This document shows, one piece after another, positions 35,470 through 48,750 of a stretch of DNA of 64,000 bases. Every line of letters begins with the position of its first letter. The first letter of the stretch is position 1. The stretch lies in NCBI RefSeq assembly GCF_018977255.1, contig NW_024704743.1, positions 80,168,001 to 80,232,000 of the forward strand. Direction: 5' to 3'. This DNA comes from Callorhinchus milii. Lineage: Eukaryota. A program made the position numbers and the translations under genes. Under the pieces are notes generated by a model, which was not told the DNA's origin, did no database searches, and saw nothing but the letters and a program-made list of their open reading frames with translations.

Positions 35470-35755
35470 CGATGTTCAGATAAGATGTTAAACAAAATTC
35501 CCATCTGCCTGTTCAAATGGACATTAAAGTTCCCATGACACTATTCAAAAAGGGAAATGAGTTTCTCTAGTATTCTGGCTAGCAATCCCCCTGATAAAAA
35601 AATGGTCATTCATTTCATGGCTGTTTGCGGGGCATTACTGTGTCAAATTCGCTGCTTAATTTGCCAACAGATGCAGTTACTACGTTGCACAGAAAACTCT
35701 GAAGTACTTTGAGATGTTTTGAGATAATAGGATGCTATATGAGATGCATAGTTTG
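35470..35755 (+). mobile_element. Deu-domain SINE, 5'-truncated
   Basis: gataagatgttaaac...cccatgacactattc. Confidence 0.8.
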
Positions 35756-37149
35756 TTTTAATTATCTTTAAGGGTTTAGGGGGCAGAAAATGTGCCAATA
35801 ACATTTTTGAATGGGGGGAAGGGAAGGAAATTTTAAATAGCAGTAGCAGTAAATTGGGAAAAAATTCCACGTGGGTTTAGGGTTAATGGCTTCAGGCTAG
35901 TCCCACTTGGACGTAACCTCCGAACTGGAGTGGTTTTTCTAATCCCTTCAATGTAACAATTTTGAAGCTGACTCTCATGGTACTTTATTATTGGCAGCAT
36001 TCCCTTTTACTCGAGGAATTGAAGATGAAGGGTTAACTGAGTCAGTGTTACAGATGGCTTCTGACTGTACTGTCAGTCACCAAGCTGCCCTCACACGTGT
36101 TTAGTTCACAAGGCAGGCGTGAGGTGTCAGAGAGATTAGCATGAATCTGCTAAGTGCCTTTAGGTTGAAAAGGAGCTTGGCTGGTGGAATCACCAGCTTG
36201 GTCTGCTTACACTGAAGAATGTGTTCCAAACAAATGTGGGATAGAGTTTAAAGGCAGGCACCATGGCCAGCTGAATCCTACCAAAGATGTTACATTATTT
36301 CAGCATAAAACACCAAATTAAACACATGGGATTCATACTGCTTTGCATGGATACCTCCCAGTCCTTACTCCTAGTATACAACAATAATAATCCTTGCATT
36401 TGATAGAGAGTCTTATTATGTCATCAATGTCATCAAAACATGTCAAAGCGCTTTACAGGATTTACTATAGAATGTAGTGATTGTGTATTCGTAAGGGAAC
36501 ACAGCAGTCAAGCAATGGAGTGATTTTGCAATTGGTATTGGCTTCACCCAGGTGGCATCTATCCATTATAGAGGGATTGACTGGAATGCTAGCTAATTAA
36601 TTTCTTATGTAACACGCCTTGCTGTGACGATATTGAAAACAAGAGCACCCCAGGTCAGATTCTCAGCAGGTTCAGGTGCTGTACCTGCAGTGAACTCTAC
36701 TGCAGCTGATCCTTCAATTGCTTGTTTGGAACAAAACGTTAGCAGTGTGAAACTGGTCTGGCCATCTGAGATTCAAGATATGGTGGACAGACTACTGAAC
36801 AGATCCTTGGTGATGCTCCATTTCCACAGTAAGTAAAACATTAAAGGATATGGGGAGAGTGAGGCAAAGTGGGATTAATAACAGGAGTGTGATTTAGTAA
36901 TATACGTAGACTCAATGTGCTGAATTCTGTACTAAATTCTTCTGTTTCTATTGGGTAAATTTGCCATGTTATTTAACACATTTCTTGTGCTAATTAAAAC
37001 GAAGAACATGTTAAGGAATGCCACAAATTTGGTCCTTGATCAGATTTGGTATAATGTCTCCTCATTTATAACAATTCTTGCACTTGATACAGAGCTTTAT
37101 CAAGTTGACAAACCAAGGATTTTACTATAAAATACAGTGGTTGCTTTCA

Positions 37150-37545
37150 TCATGTGCAGGCTCGAGTAGGCTAACTCCCTGTTCACCAGACTTCCCTACC
37201 CCTCGCTCCACAATTAACAGATTAATCAGAACTCTGCAGCTTCCATTGGCTCCCCATCCCCCAGAGGACCAAATTTAAAATCCTCGTCTTCGCTTTTAAA
37301 GCTCCTCTCTATCTTTGCAACCTATTTACACTATACAAACCTGCCTGCAACTTCCACTCGGTAGGCACTAGCCTGATTTATGTCCCATGCCTGCCCCATC
37401 ATTGGCAGTTGGGCCTTCAGCTCTTCTGCCCCCATCCTCTGGAACTTCATCCCAGAATGCCTCCGGTTTGCCCTCTCCCTTGTCTCCCTAAACATCCATC
37501 TAAAAACCTTCAACTTTAACTCTGCCTTTACCACTTTCCCTCTCT
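37150..37545 (+). mobile_element. Degraded L2 3' ORF2 fragment
   Basis: ccattggctccccatcccccagagg...gggccttcagc. Confidence 0.75.
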
Positions 37546-37567
37546 TTTATCTGGGGGCTTGTGGGTC

Positions 37568-37808
37568 AGGAGAACTCCCTTCTCTTTTTGAATCGTGCCA
37601 TGGAATCTTTAATGTCCACCTCAGCAGGCAGAAGGAGCCTTGATTTAACATTTCATCCGAAGACAGCACCGCTGACAATGAGGCACTTCTCCAGCACTGC
37701 ATTGGAATGTCAGCCGAGGACGATGAGTTCAAAGCTCTGATGTGGGCCTTGAACACGCAACCTTCTGACCCAGAGGCAAGAGTGCTGCCAAATGAGCCAA
37801 GCTGACAA
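37568..37808 (-). mobile_element. Deu-domain SINE head and Deu domain
   Basis: Minus strand tgtcagcttggctcatttggcagcactcttgcctctgggtcagaagg...ttcggatgaaatgttaaa. Confidence 0.85.
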
Positions 37809-39035
37809 GCTTACCAGAGTAAAGAGTGTGCTGCACCCAGTCTTTGATCCACTTTAGATCAGTTGGTTTCCTGATCTAGGCATCGGCATTGCTGGTCTGA
37901 CTCCATATAAGGAGTGTAAATATTTGGGATTCCTCCACCATCTTAGTAGGAGAACTCAGTATTCCCCAGTACAAACCTGGGGGATTAGCCAAGACTATGA
38001 GGTCAAGTCTACTTGATCTAGAGGAAAGAGACTGCTATCAAATGAGCCACTTTGACATCAAGGAAGATTTGGAAGTGTAAAAATAGCCTCAGAGTTGCAG
38101 AGCTTGGCAAGTACCATTCTGCATAATTACTCATTGATTGTCTTAGAGCAGGTTTGAGCTGAGCTGCCAGTAATGATGGTACCTGGTGGTATTATCTCTG
38201 TGATGACATTGCCTTTTGAGACTCTTTAGAGCCCCTTTGATAAAAGCGAGTCATCAACTCAGCAGATCTCTTGTCAGCATGAGAACTGAGTGAAGGACAA
38301 TCTGAACACTGAAATAAGTATGTCTGTTTGCGATTGTGACATTTTTTTAATATAAATCAGTTTGGTTGTGACTTATAAAGATTTTCTCAGCCACTTAATT
38401 AGAACTCAAAATTAGACTAGGGGTTGCCATGGAGAGGAATGCTATCTGCCTGAGAGTGCTCATGTCACATATTTCTCAGCTCCTTGTGAGTGCCTTCTGA
38501 CCTTGTTTATTGATCAGGAATGCAGTGGCAGCTTACAATACCCTGTACGGGCACGTTTGGCGAATTCTGAGCTGGGTGGATGAACGAAGTGTCAACACTA
38601 CATCTTACAGCCGTTGAGATGTCTAAGGCAATTGGTCCTCTCCACGGGAGGAGGACAATATTGGAATATTAGTAATGAAGGAGAAGAAAAGTTGGAATTT
38701 TGTTTCTTTTCCTTACAGTTTCAATTTTTTCTGGAAAATAAATCTACTTTTACATTTTGTCCCTAAATTGACCATAACCTCTGACTGCCCATAGCTGGAT
38801 CAATCTATCCTTGTGGCTAAAAGTAAGGCCCAGTCCTGGTTTTACCTTACAGGTGCTTAGGGAAATAAAACATAATCTCTGATCACCAACATCACTTCTG
38901 TGCTTTAATGATGCTGTAACAGACGTTTTTGAAATTGATGTGGCACCTTCATGGGGTCATTCTGATACCAAAGAGGGTGTTAGTGCACTAGTCTACAACC
39001 ACCTGAAGGAGGTGCTATTGCACTTGGCCATTGCT

Positions 39036-39401
39036 GTGAATTCCTGCAGCTCAGTTATAGCACTCATCTCGCAAGTGAGAGAGCTGGGTTCGATTCTTGG
39101 CAGCGTGAAACATTGGGCAAGTTTCATAACTCCACACGCTTCTGTTTACCCAGCAGTAAGTAGGAACCCGGTTGCTAGTTGATCGGCGGATTGTTTCCGG
39201 AGGTAATAATCCCTTTTTTTAAAAAAAAATTTGGTCACTCAATCCACGACTATTTGTGGGACACTGCTGTGCACAATTGGCTGCCACGTTTCACCCATAA
39301 AATATACAGTCAATTCACTTTACAGTATATTCTGTATAGTGTTTTGAGACATCTCGAAGACATGATAAGGTGCTATATCAAATGCAAGGATGATTATTAT
39401 T
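39036..39401 (+). mobile_element. Ala-SINE, long form, full length
   Basis: A box, B box GGTTCGATTC, central segment at 39142-39203, tail. Confidence 0.9.
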
Positions 39402-39617
39402 CATTACATCTTCTTGCTTGTCTCTTCATTAACTAATTTGCAGTTAAATCTTCACAATTCAAAGAGTCTTCTCACCTTCACATGCTTGAACGTTTTCTTA
39501 ACAAGACTTTAAAAATCTTCAGTCTTGTTGTCTCAATCCTAGTGAACAAGAGAATGGATGTAATATGCCTAACAAAGATTGTCCTGATCAGGCAGCCAGG
39601 GAGTATCCTTACTTGAA

Positions 39618-39817
39618 ATAATAATCCCTCCAAAAACAAAACAATAATAAATTGGTCATTTTCAATCCACGACTGTTTGTGGGACACTGCTGTGCACAAT
39701 TGGCTGCCACATTTCGCCCATAAATATACGGTCAATTCACTTTAAGTATATTCTGTGAAGCTCTTTGAGAAGTCTAGAAAACGTGAAAAGTGCTATATCA
39801 AATGCAAGGATTATTAT
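39618..39817 (+). mobile_element. Ala-SINE 3' module
   Basis: aataataatccctcc..., hairpin, tail. Confidence 0.9.
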
Positions 39818-42279
39818 ACTGTAGTTTGCTACAGTTCAGTGCTTCTCTGAAGCACTTTGGGACCTCCCTGTGTGAACAGAGCTATATAAATGTAAAATTG
39901 TTATTGTTACACTACTGGGAAACAAGCTTGGAAATTGACAGTAGGATTTCTTAGGGAAATCTTTAGCCTGTGTTTATTCTGCAGGTTTGCTGAATTTGGG
40001 CAGCAATTCACCACCAAGGTACAAACTGGAGCTTCAGCAACAGGAATTGCACTGGGGGGGTGGGTCCTGCTCCTGACACCAGAGGACGAGGTGATATCAG
40101 GATATGAGATGATATCAGGACCAACACATCATACCCACTCTGCAATGTAAGGATCAGCCCCCTTCCTTGGAACTCTCCAAGTCCCTTCACCTCACCCTTC
40201 CCCCTCGGTTTTCAAAACCTATTTAAAAACCTCTCTTGGACTGGAGATTTGGGAGCTTCTCCCTCCCCTTCCTGTCTCCTTCCCAGGTCAGACTCCTACT
40301 CAGTCTTTGTGAAGCGCTTTGAGATATTCTCCCTGCAATGAAATAATAATGATCCTTGAATTTTGTGCAGGATCTTTCACATCGGGAGGACCTCCCAAAG
40401 TGGCAGCCCAATTGCATGCAGCAATGTCCCACAACCAGGCATGAAGTGAACAATCAATTTTGAAAGACTGTAATTCCCTAAGTGGGGCTTGAACCTACAA
40501 CCTTCTGACTCCGAGACCAGAGAGCTATCAGTTGAGCCAGATTGCCACACAAAAGACACTTTATAACTGCAAATTGTTTTGTTTTATTTATAACAAAGAG
40601 CTATGAGAATTTCAAAGTTAAGGGTGTTGCATCAAATACAAGGATTACTATTATTAACACATCACATGTTGACATTTTCACCCCATAAATTGAGCTGCAT
40701 TTAATAATAATAGTAATCCTTGCATCCGATAATGACCGAGAGTAACTGAACGAGTACTTCTGTAAACACAGTGTGCAGCTTCTATTGCAGTTAATTGTTC
40801 CACACACAGCGTTCCTTAAACACACAGGAAGCCAGGATAAAACTGAAAGATTAACGTTCATACAGTTTATACTGACAGGGGAATCAGTTTGAACGTGTTT
40901 GAGGAGGGGACTGTTGGAAGAAGAAAACCGATGGAAGGGCTTTTTGTTGCCCTTGAATAACATTATTCAAACTACAGCAATCCTGACTGGGGTTGGCACG
41001 GATGTTTATTGATGTGCAAAGTAAAAATTTGCATTAGCATTGCTGAGTTTCAAACCACCAGAATCACCAACATAACTCAAACTGACTAGTCTGAAGGCAA
41101 AGCATTTTACAATCAAACTCTGTAGATGTGGGAAGGTTGCTTAAGCAAAGTCAGAGGCTATAAATTCATTGTAAACCCACATCAAAAGATTACTCTGTCC
41201 TTGTGAAACTAAGAGGACAGCGAGGATGCATAGGGAAATCTGTTCTGATTGCTTCCAGCATAAGACAAATGTATGCAAATGTAGGCAAATAATCATCGCT
41301 GGAGCCAAGTGAAGGGAAGCTGGACAGAAATTCAACACAGCAGAGCATTGAACGTTGTATTAAATCTTGCTTAACGAGAACTTTGAACATGGTATTTCCC
41401 TTCGGAATGCAAACCACAGGAGGAGCTGTTGGGGATGCCACTCAGGCTGAATAGTAGAGAACAATGGGCTCTTTTTATCTCCGTGAGCATTGGTGCAATC
41501 GAGTTTTAAACCATTTTCTATGAATGATTTGACCTGGTGCTAATAAAAAAAGGACCTCATAACTGTAGAAGGTATTACACTACAGCACAATTCAGTTGTT
41601 GGAATTGCACACAGTTTTAACCCGCTGTTTAAGAACCACAATTATGTTACTCCTGTACGTCGTATCCCAAAACATGCTTGCCTCCGCAGCAACAAGGGAT
41701 CTATAAGGCTGGTATTTCCAAGTCTAGATTTGCTCAGACCCCAATCGGGGTCAACATCTCCAGCGGATTCGACACACAGAAGCTCGGACTCGAGGGTGAG
41801 AGACCAGAGTTGTCTTTATTGGGCTCATGGACGCAATCCAAACAAGAAGTGTAATGGCAAACATCTTGACGTCATCACGACACCTTTACATTTATGTAGT
41901 GCCTTTCACTTTGGGAGAACATCTCAAAATGCTTCACAGAGCTGACAGGCTGCAAAACCTTATTTGTTACAGATGGTCAGTGGAGGTCCAGTATTAAAGC
42001 AATTTATCCTGCCTTCTGAGACTCTAGGCCTGTGGAGAAGAACAGTATAAAGACAGTGTTAACCTCTGATATGCTCCTCTTCTCTCCTGAAGGTGACAAC
42101 TCAGCTGCCTTGTAGATTGTGGTACCTCAGCAGTATAGATGTTGTGGGAAATGCAACGCGTTCACACTGTAGTGGTGGGGGAGCTCATTAGCAAAGGTTT
42201 GGAAAAAAGAAAAGGAAATTTACTTTAGATCTAAGTTAGATTTTGACCTAGGACTAGCCAATAAAAGTATAATATTTGG

Positions 42280-42781
42280 TATCAAAGGGGAAACCTGTTC
42301 CATTTACCAACCCTGATACACTTTAACCTAGAGGGTATAAATATTCGTTCCATCCTTGTGAATGGTGATGAGCTGTGTTTGAGCATTTTGAGTTGATAAC
42401 CTGCATGAACTAGTATTACCTGTATATATCTGTAAGGTAGATGAAGTGATGTGATGGGCTGCTTGTCGCATCTGGGATGCTGGTTTGGAATCCATCTGAG
42501 ACAAATGGGGTGAAGGTCTCCTCTCTCTCTCTTTGTCAACTGTAGGAACTTTGAGGAAGCTTTGATTGCTTAGTGTATTTAAAAAAAAACAAAGAGTGGA
42601 TATCTTGAAATAGAACCTTTTATCTTGGTGATCTTCGTACCTATTAATTTTTAAAGACTGGAACAGGTAACCAGGCGTGGTGATGCTATGATGAAAGGAT
42701 GAGAGGTGAGTATTCAGGAAGGATTAGATCAAATGGTCTGAAGGTCCTTCTTCATTCAAGCCTCTCGTGTGATCTTGTGAA
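42280..42781 (+). mobile_element. Degraded CR1 3' end
   Basis: aacctgttccattta...tagaggg; ends gtgtgatcttgtga. Confidence 0.6.
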
Positions 42782-43944
42782 CTCTGTTTCTGTGAGCAAT
42801 TCTGTGTGGCTGTACATATTTCTCTTTATCTCTGTCTATCTGTGTATGTGTGTATCTCTCTCTCTCTTTGCATATCTTTCTTTTATCTGGTACTGTTTGC
42901 GTGTGTGCTTTTTCGTTAACCTGAAATCCTGAAAGTTCTCAAAGGCTAAGAAAAAGTCCAAAAGCAAAATGCCAGCCCCAATTGCAACTTCAAGTTTGTG
43001 AGCATGGTCAGGGTTATGCTTTTGTGCTTTTATACAGACAAGAAAAGGCCCGATTGTTAGATAAAAGCAATTTATGAGCCTTATACAACTTTCGGCCTTT
43101 TTATGTAATCTCTGAACACTGTGAATCACAAACTGAAAGTCAATACAACACAAGCAGGTGTCAATATTGCATTTTAAACCTTCTCCATTTTTGTCATGGG
43201 AAAAATATATTTCACCTCGCGAATGTTACGTTTCTGCTCCTCATACCATTTGCTGTGTCATTTTTGTTGAGGTGTTTCTTAAAAGGAGGCGCAAAAATGG
43301 ACAACGTGACAACCATCAAGGTGTAAACCGAAGATGAAACATTGGAAATAATACATAGAAACAGAAAGTGCTGACAATCTCGAGCAGGTCAGTCAGCATA
43401 TAGAAGAGAGAAATAACATTAACACTTGAGGTATTCTGATAAACGTCTTACATAAAGCCCGTGTTTCTCTTTTACATGTTGACTGAACAGCTGTGGGTTT
43501 CCAGACCTGCTAAAATGTTAGGGACACCGTGAGATGGTGGATCGATGGGAGTCAAGATTGATCAAAAAAGCGATGAGCTTTTGGGCAGAATAGGCATATT
43601 GGACATAATAATAATCCTTGCATTTAAAATAGCACCTTATCATGTCATTGAGATGTGTCTAACCACTTCACAGAATATACTATAAAGTGAACTGACTGTA
43701 TATTGTGTGGGCGAAACATTTCTTCTCACAACGCATCAGAGCTTTCTGATCCTTTGGTACAGTTTTTAAGCTATTCTATCCAATTAGAGATTGATATCTG
43801 ATTTACAATCCATACAAACTTTTATTTCAAGTGTTTTGTCGGTGAAACAACATCAGTGACCAAAGCTTCAGCAACTATGCCCTCACTCTCTGGAACTCCC
43901 TCCCTTAAACCATCCATTTCTTTACTCCTCACCTCACTCTGTCT

Positions 43945-45210
43945 TCACAAATGATATCCTCTCTATCTGGGACCAGGGCTCCCTCTGCCTCCTCGTCCTC
44001 CTGGACCTCTCCACCATGTTTGATACAGTCGATCACGCCATCCTCCTCCACTGCCTGTCCTCCATCATCCACCTCAGTGGGACTTCACTCGCTTGGTTCG
44101 AGTCCTACCTCACAAACTGCCAGCACTACATTTCTGCAAATGGCTTTTCTTTACGCTTCCACCTGGTCACCTGCCGGATACCCCAAGGATCCATCCTTGG
44201 CCCCCTTCTCTTCCTCATCTATATGCTCCCTCTCGGTGATGTCATCTGCAGACACGGGGTTAACATACATGTGGTGACACTCAACTTTTCCACCTCCAGC
44301 TGTGACCCCCAGTCACCTGATGTTCTGTCAGCTTGTCTGTTGGATATCAGGAGCTGGATGAGCACAAATTTCCTGCAGCTAAACGTCAACAAGACAGAAG
44401 CCATATTCTTTGGTTCCCGTTGGCGTCTTTTTCCCACAGTTCCGACCTCCTCAACCTACCCGACCTGTCCTTAAAACTCTCTGAATCCAGGTGCAACTTA
44501 GCATCAGGTTTGATCCCCAGTTATCCTTCCTCCCCCACATCTGGTCTCTGACCAGCACCGCTTTCTTCCACCTCTGCCACATTGCCTGTCTGTGACAACA
44601 CCTCACTCCAAAAGCTGCCGAAACCCTTGTCCATGCCTTCATCATCTCTCAGCTGGACTACTCTAATGCCCTCCTCACTGGTCTCCCCTCTTCCACTATT
44701 CACAAAATTCAGCTCATTCAAAGCTCCACCGCCTGCATTCTCACCCGCACCAAACTCCGCACCCGATTACTCCAGTCCTTGCCAAACTCCACTGGTTCCT
44801 GTCACAGAGGGGATCAACTTCAAGATCCTCACTCTAGTGTTTAAATCCCCCCATTCCTTGGCTCCCCCCTATCTCTCTAACCTCTCTCCCTACAGCAGTA
44901 CCAGCTGTCTCTGCTCTACTGGGTCCGGCCTACTCCGCGTCCCCCGAATCCTCTGCTCCACCATTGGCGGCCATGCCTTCAGCCACTACACCCGAAACTT
45001 TGGAACTCTTCCCCCCCCCCCCCACCCCAACCCTTTCACCTCGCCCCCTCCTTCCCCATTTTCAGGTCGCGCCTGAAGACCTTCCTTTTCAACCGTGCAT
45101 ACGCTCACCTTCCCTCTCTCCTTGGCTCGGTCTTGGGCACCACCATTGTTAACCGCTCTGAGATGCCGCCTGGGGTGGAGGGGGCTATATAAGTGCAAGT
45201 TGTTGTTGTT
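43945..45210 (+). mobile_element. L2 LINE fragment with type-B tail
   Basis: FDTVDHAILL, PQGSILGPLLFLIYMLPLG, NFLQLNVNKTE. Confidence 0.92.
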
Positions 45211-45759
45211 CTCTTCAAAAGCTGTCTAAAAATCTACCTCTTCATCCGCACCTGCGTCAGTTCCCTCCTTCCCGATCCTCTTCCACTCAATGTCTGGCAT
45301 GATCTCTGTAAATAACTCCGATGGTACCCTATGTGAATGCCACTGTATAAATACAAGTTGTTGAACAATGGCTTTTTCTCTGTCCCTAAAATGTTATGTC
45401 TTTCCACATTCCTCCAATGGTTAAAACATTATTCACACAAAATATAATGGACAAAGGAAAATTGGATTTAAAATCTGAACAGTAACTTGTGAACACAATG
45501 AAATACAATATTTGCATGCACCATCAGTCAGGTGAATTAACTTCTCAGGAAATACGATGGAGATTGTAGTTCGATGGATATTGCCATGCAAATGATTTCA
45601 TTCATATCACCCAAACCATCAGAACATCAATTACTTGGTTTGCAAACAATAAGCAAGAGACTCCAACAATCCTGGAATCTCAGATGCATTTCTCTTTTTT
45701 ACAAGAAATTGTGAATTTCCAGCTGGGAGTTCAGAATCTGCACTACAGTGTAATATGTG

Positions 45760-46025
45760 TTCCTGTCCACCTGTTCAGATAGATGTTAAAGATCACATGG
45801 TACTATTTCAAAGAGAAGAGATTTTCTTCCGATATCCTGGCCAAATATCCCCTGGGCTAAATTGGCCATTCACTTCACCCCTGTTTTCAGTTTGTAGGAA
45901 ATTGGCATGTGTACGTTACAAATATCCAGTTTGTACACTTTGCAGCAAATCCAAGAGCTTTGAGACGGTGTAAAGACATGATAAGATGCAACATCAAATG
46001 CAATGATTCTTTTTATTATTATTAA
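45760..46025 (+). mobile_element. Degraded Deu-domain SINE 3' part
   Basis: gttaaagatcacatggtactatttc..., (TTA)n. Confidence 0.7.
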
Positions 46026-46187
46026 ATAATGCACTTTGATGAAAACTAAGGTTTTCTTGGTTTTGAACGTGTAGTGATGGTAAGCTGTGATCTCCTGCAA
46101 ATGTGGAGGGAGGAGGAAGGGTCACCAGCCGTTTTGTCCCCAAATCCACAGAAGGAGGAAATACCAGTGTGAATTAACTTCGGTACC

Positions 46188-46502
46188 AGCGCTTAGCGGG
46201 CTCCGACCTGCTTCACGTCCCCCGCCTTGCCTGTCCCACCATTGGCGGGGGGGGGGTGGGCCTTCTGCCACTCTGCCCCCACCCTCTGGAACTCCATCCT
46301 GCAGTCCTACCTCGCCCCCTTCCTTGCCTCCTTCAAGCCCCATCTGAAGACTCCTCCTCGACCGTGCTTTTGATCACCCCACCTGCCCTCCACCCTCCCC
46401 TATCCTGACTCCCAGCTTGGGTCCGAAACTCTGACTGTCCAGCACCTTGGGACGTCCTTCCGACATGAAAGGCGCTATATAAATGTAATTTTGTTGTTGT
46501 TG
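46188..46502 (+). mobile_element. L2 3' end
   Basis: End of ORF2, hairpin, (TTG)n. Confidence 0.9.
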
Positions 46503-47241
46503 TACCAATCAGTTTTTCCACTTGCCTCAGTAATCGCAAAACGGAAACAAAAATTAACAAGGACAAGAACTGGAAAATTATCAATTCAATAGCTTTTAAA
46601 CAGATTTAAAATGTGCACTTCGACTGAAAAACACCCATGTTCCTTTAGAGAGTCAGAACAAGGCACAGCCATAATATGAAAGTAATTTGGATGAAATTGC
46701 CTTAATTCAAATCACCTGTCACAAAACTGGGCAGGAACTCATAAAACATCAATGCGAATTCTGAGCTTGAAGCATAAGAATTCGACTGGATGACATTTTA
46801 TGCAAATCAGTTAGCTCGAAATAAAAAAAATTCTCCAGTTATGCAAAACAGCACAAACTGTACACGAGAGCTATGCTATCTCCAAAATTGCCCATCTCAA
46901 GCATTCCTATTAATTCACTCAGGACTACAGTTGAGACACGCTTATCGTAGCCAACTAACACTTGCCCCTCTGTGAATAAGGAATTCGTGCGGATATTGGG
47001 TAAACACACAAAATTCAAATCGGTTGCAGTACTTTTACCACTAGGAGTATTACTGTTTCTTTGAGTCTCTTTTCCTCTTTCTGTACATCTTTGGATGTCT
47101 GACTCTCTCTAAATTTCTCTCTCTCTTTCGTTCTTTCTCTGAGTCTCTTTCTTACTCTCTTGAGTCTCTGAATCCCTTTTTCTCCTCGTCTTTAACTCTA
47201 CACTGCAACTCTAAAGAATTGCTTCATGAACTTCTAAATAT

Positions 47242-47360
47242 TTCACCCACAAAATATACAGTCATTTCGCTTTACAGTATATTCTGTGAAGTGCTTTGAG
47301 ATGTCTTGAAGACGTGATAAGACGCTATATCAAATGTAAGGATTATTATTTTTATTATTA
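47242..47360 (+). mobile_element. Ala-SINE tail
   Basis: gtgaagtgctttgagatgtcttgaagacgtgataag. Confidence 0.85.
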
Positions 47361-47488
47361 TCTACCTTGCATTGTTTATACACAGTCATACTGTGTTCAA
47401 AGTCATGTTCCTGGGAACCTCATGTATTCAACTAAAATATTTTTTGCTGCCCCTCCCCCAAACCCCCTCAATTCCACTTGGAATTATT

Positions 47489-47848
47489 AACAACAACAAC
47501 AAGATTCCATTTATAAAGCGCCTTTCACGTCAGGAGGACGTCCCAAGGCGCTGCACAGTTGGGTCATGACCTGAGCAGGGGGGAAATGGTCAGGGTGAGG
47601 GGAGGGAAGGGAGGGAGCGAGGAGGGGGGAAATGGTCAGGGTGAGGGGAGGGAAGGGAGGGAGCGAGGAGGGGGGAAATGGTCAGGGTGAGGGGAGGGAA
47701 GGGAGGGAGCGAGGAGGGGGAAGAGAGTCGAGAGGGGAGCTGAAGAGGTCAAAGAGAAAGGTTTTGAGACCGGCCTTGAAGGAGGAGAGGGAGGAAGCAA
47801 GGCGAAGGCACTGGGGGATAGAGTTCCAGAGCCTCGGGGCTGAGAGGC
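47489..47848 (-). mobile_element. Young L2 3' end with three 46-bp 3'UTR units
   Basis: aaatgg recurs at 47584, 47630 and 47676. Confidence 0.95.
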
Positions 47849-48027
47849 AGATGGGGCCTTGGTTTAATGTTTCATCCGAAGGGCAGCGCCTCCAACAATA
47901 TAGCATACACTCAGCAGTGCACTGGAATGTCAGTCTGGATTAGGAATTCGAAGCCCCAACATGGGTCTTGAATCCACAAACTTCCGATTCAGAAGCAAGA
48001 GTTCTATCAACTGAACCAGGCTGACAT
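47845..48027 (-). mobile_element. Deu-domain SINE 5' half fused to L2
   Basis: Head tgtcagcctggttcagttgatag; Deu start ttcggatgaaacattaaacc. Confidence 0.85.
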
Positions 48028-48663
48028 CCAATAGTATAGTAAACCAAGTTTACTATACTGTGGGGTCTAAAATTTGAACCCAAACCAGACATCTCAACTG
48101 CAGCCAACATGTTGTTTTCAGGCCTTTTCTCAGCCGACAAAAATCATAGTAAAGTGCCGGAATTCACCTATTTCTCAGACTTTATGAATTTTCAGAGACT
48201 GAAATTCACCTATTTTTTTTCAATATCAAATTTGTGAATTGACAACTGGAAATTGCAATCAACTCGACAAATGCACCTTGTGAATGTTGAATTTTGGGTC
48301 CCAACACTAATTATTCATTCTCGAATGCCTGCAAGACATTTCATGACTCAAGCCTTGCAAGTGCAGGTCATTCATTGTGCGCCATGCCAAGTGACAACTT
48401 AACCTTTGGTTTCGTCCTTCAGTCGTCTGACTTCCATTTGGTTTCCTGATGCAGCACTAACATGCAAACTCTGTGTAATTCACACTGGAGCCTGGAGGCT
48501 GAGATCTCTTGGGCTCACCAGGACATTGATTAACGGTATAACTGCACATAGTAGAATGCAATTCATTCGCCTTACAAAGGTTTGTTAGATGTTCTCTTTA
48601 ATGACACTGAAATTCAGCACAAGTTAGTGGAGTTTACCATATTCACTAAGTCATATATCTACA

Positions 48664-48750
48664 GATACAATACAAAATACAAAATTACATTTGTAAAGCC
48701 ACTTTCACGTCGGGAGGATGTCCCAAGGTGCTGGATCTCAGCGAGAGCAG
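48664..48750 (-). mobile_element. L2 hairpin with TTGTA-type tail
   Basis: atacaatacaaaatacaaaattacatttg...cacgtcgggaggatgtccc. Confidence 0.8.

Noticed and set aside
39975..40150. Exon after ttattctgcag
   Set aside because: No clear donor and no recognisable peptide.
47578..47722. CRISPR-like repeat array
   Set aside because: Head-to-tail units without spacers, inside a LINE 3'UTR in vertebrate DNA.
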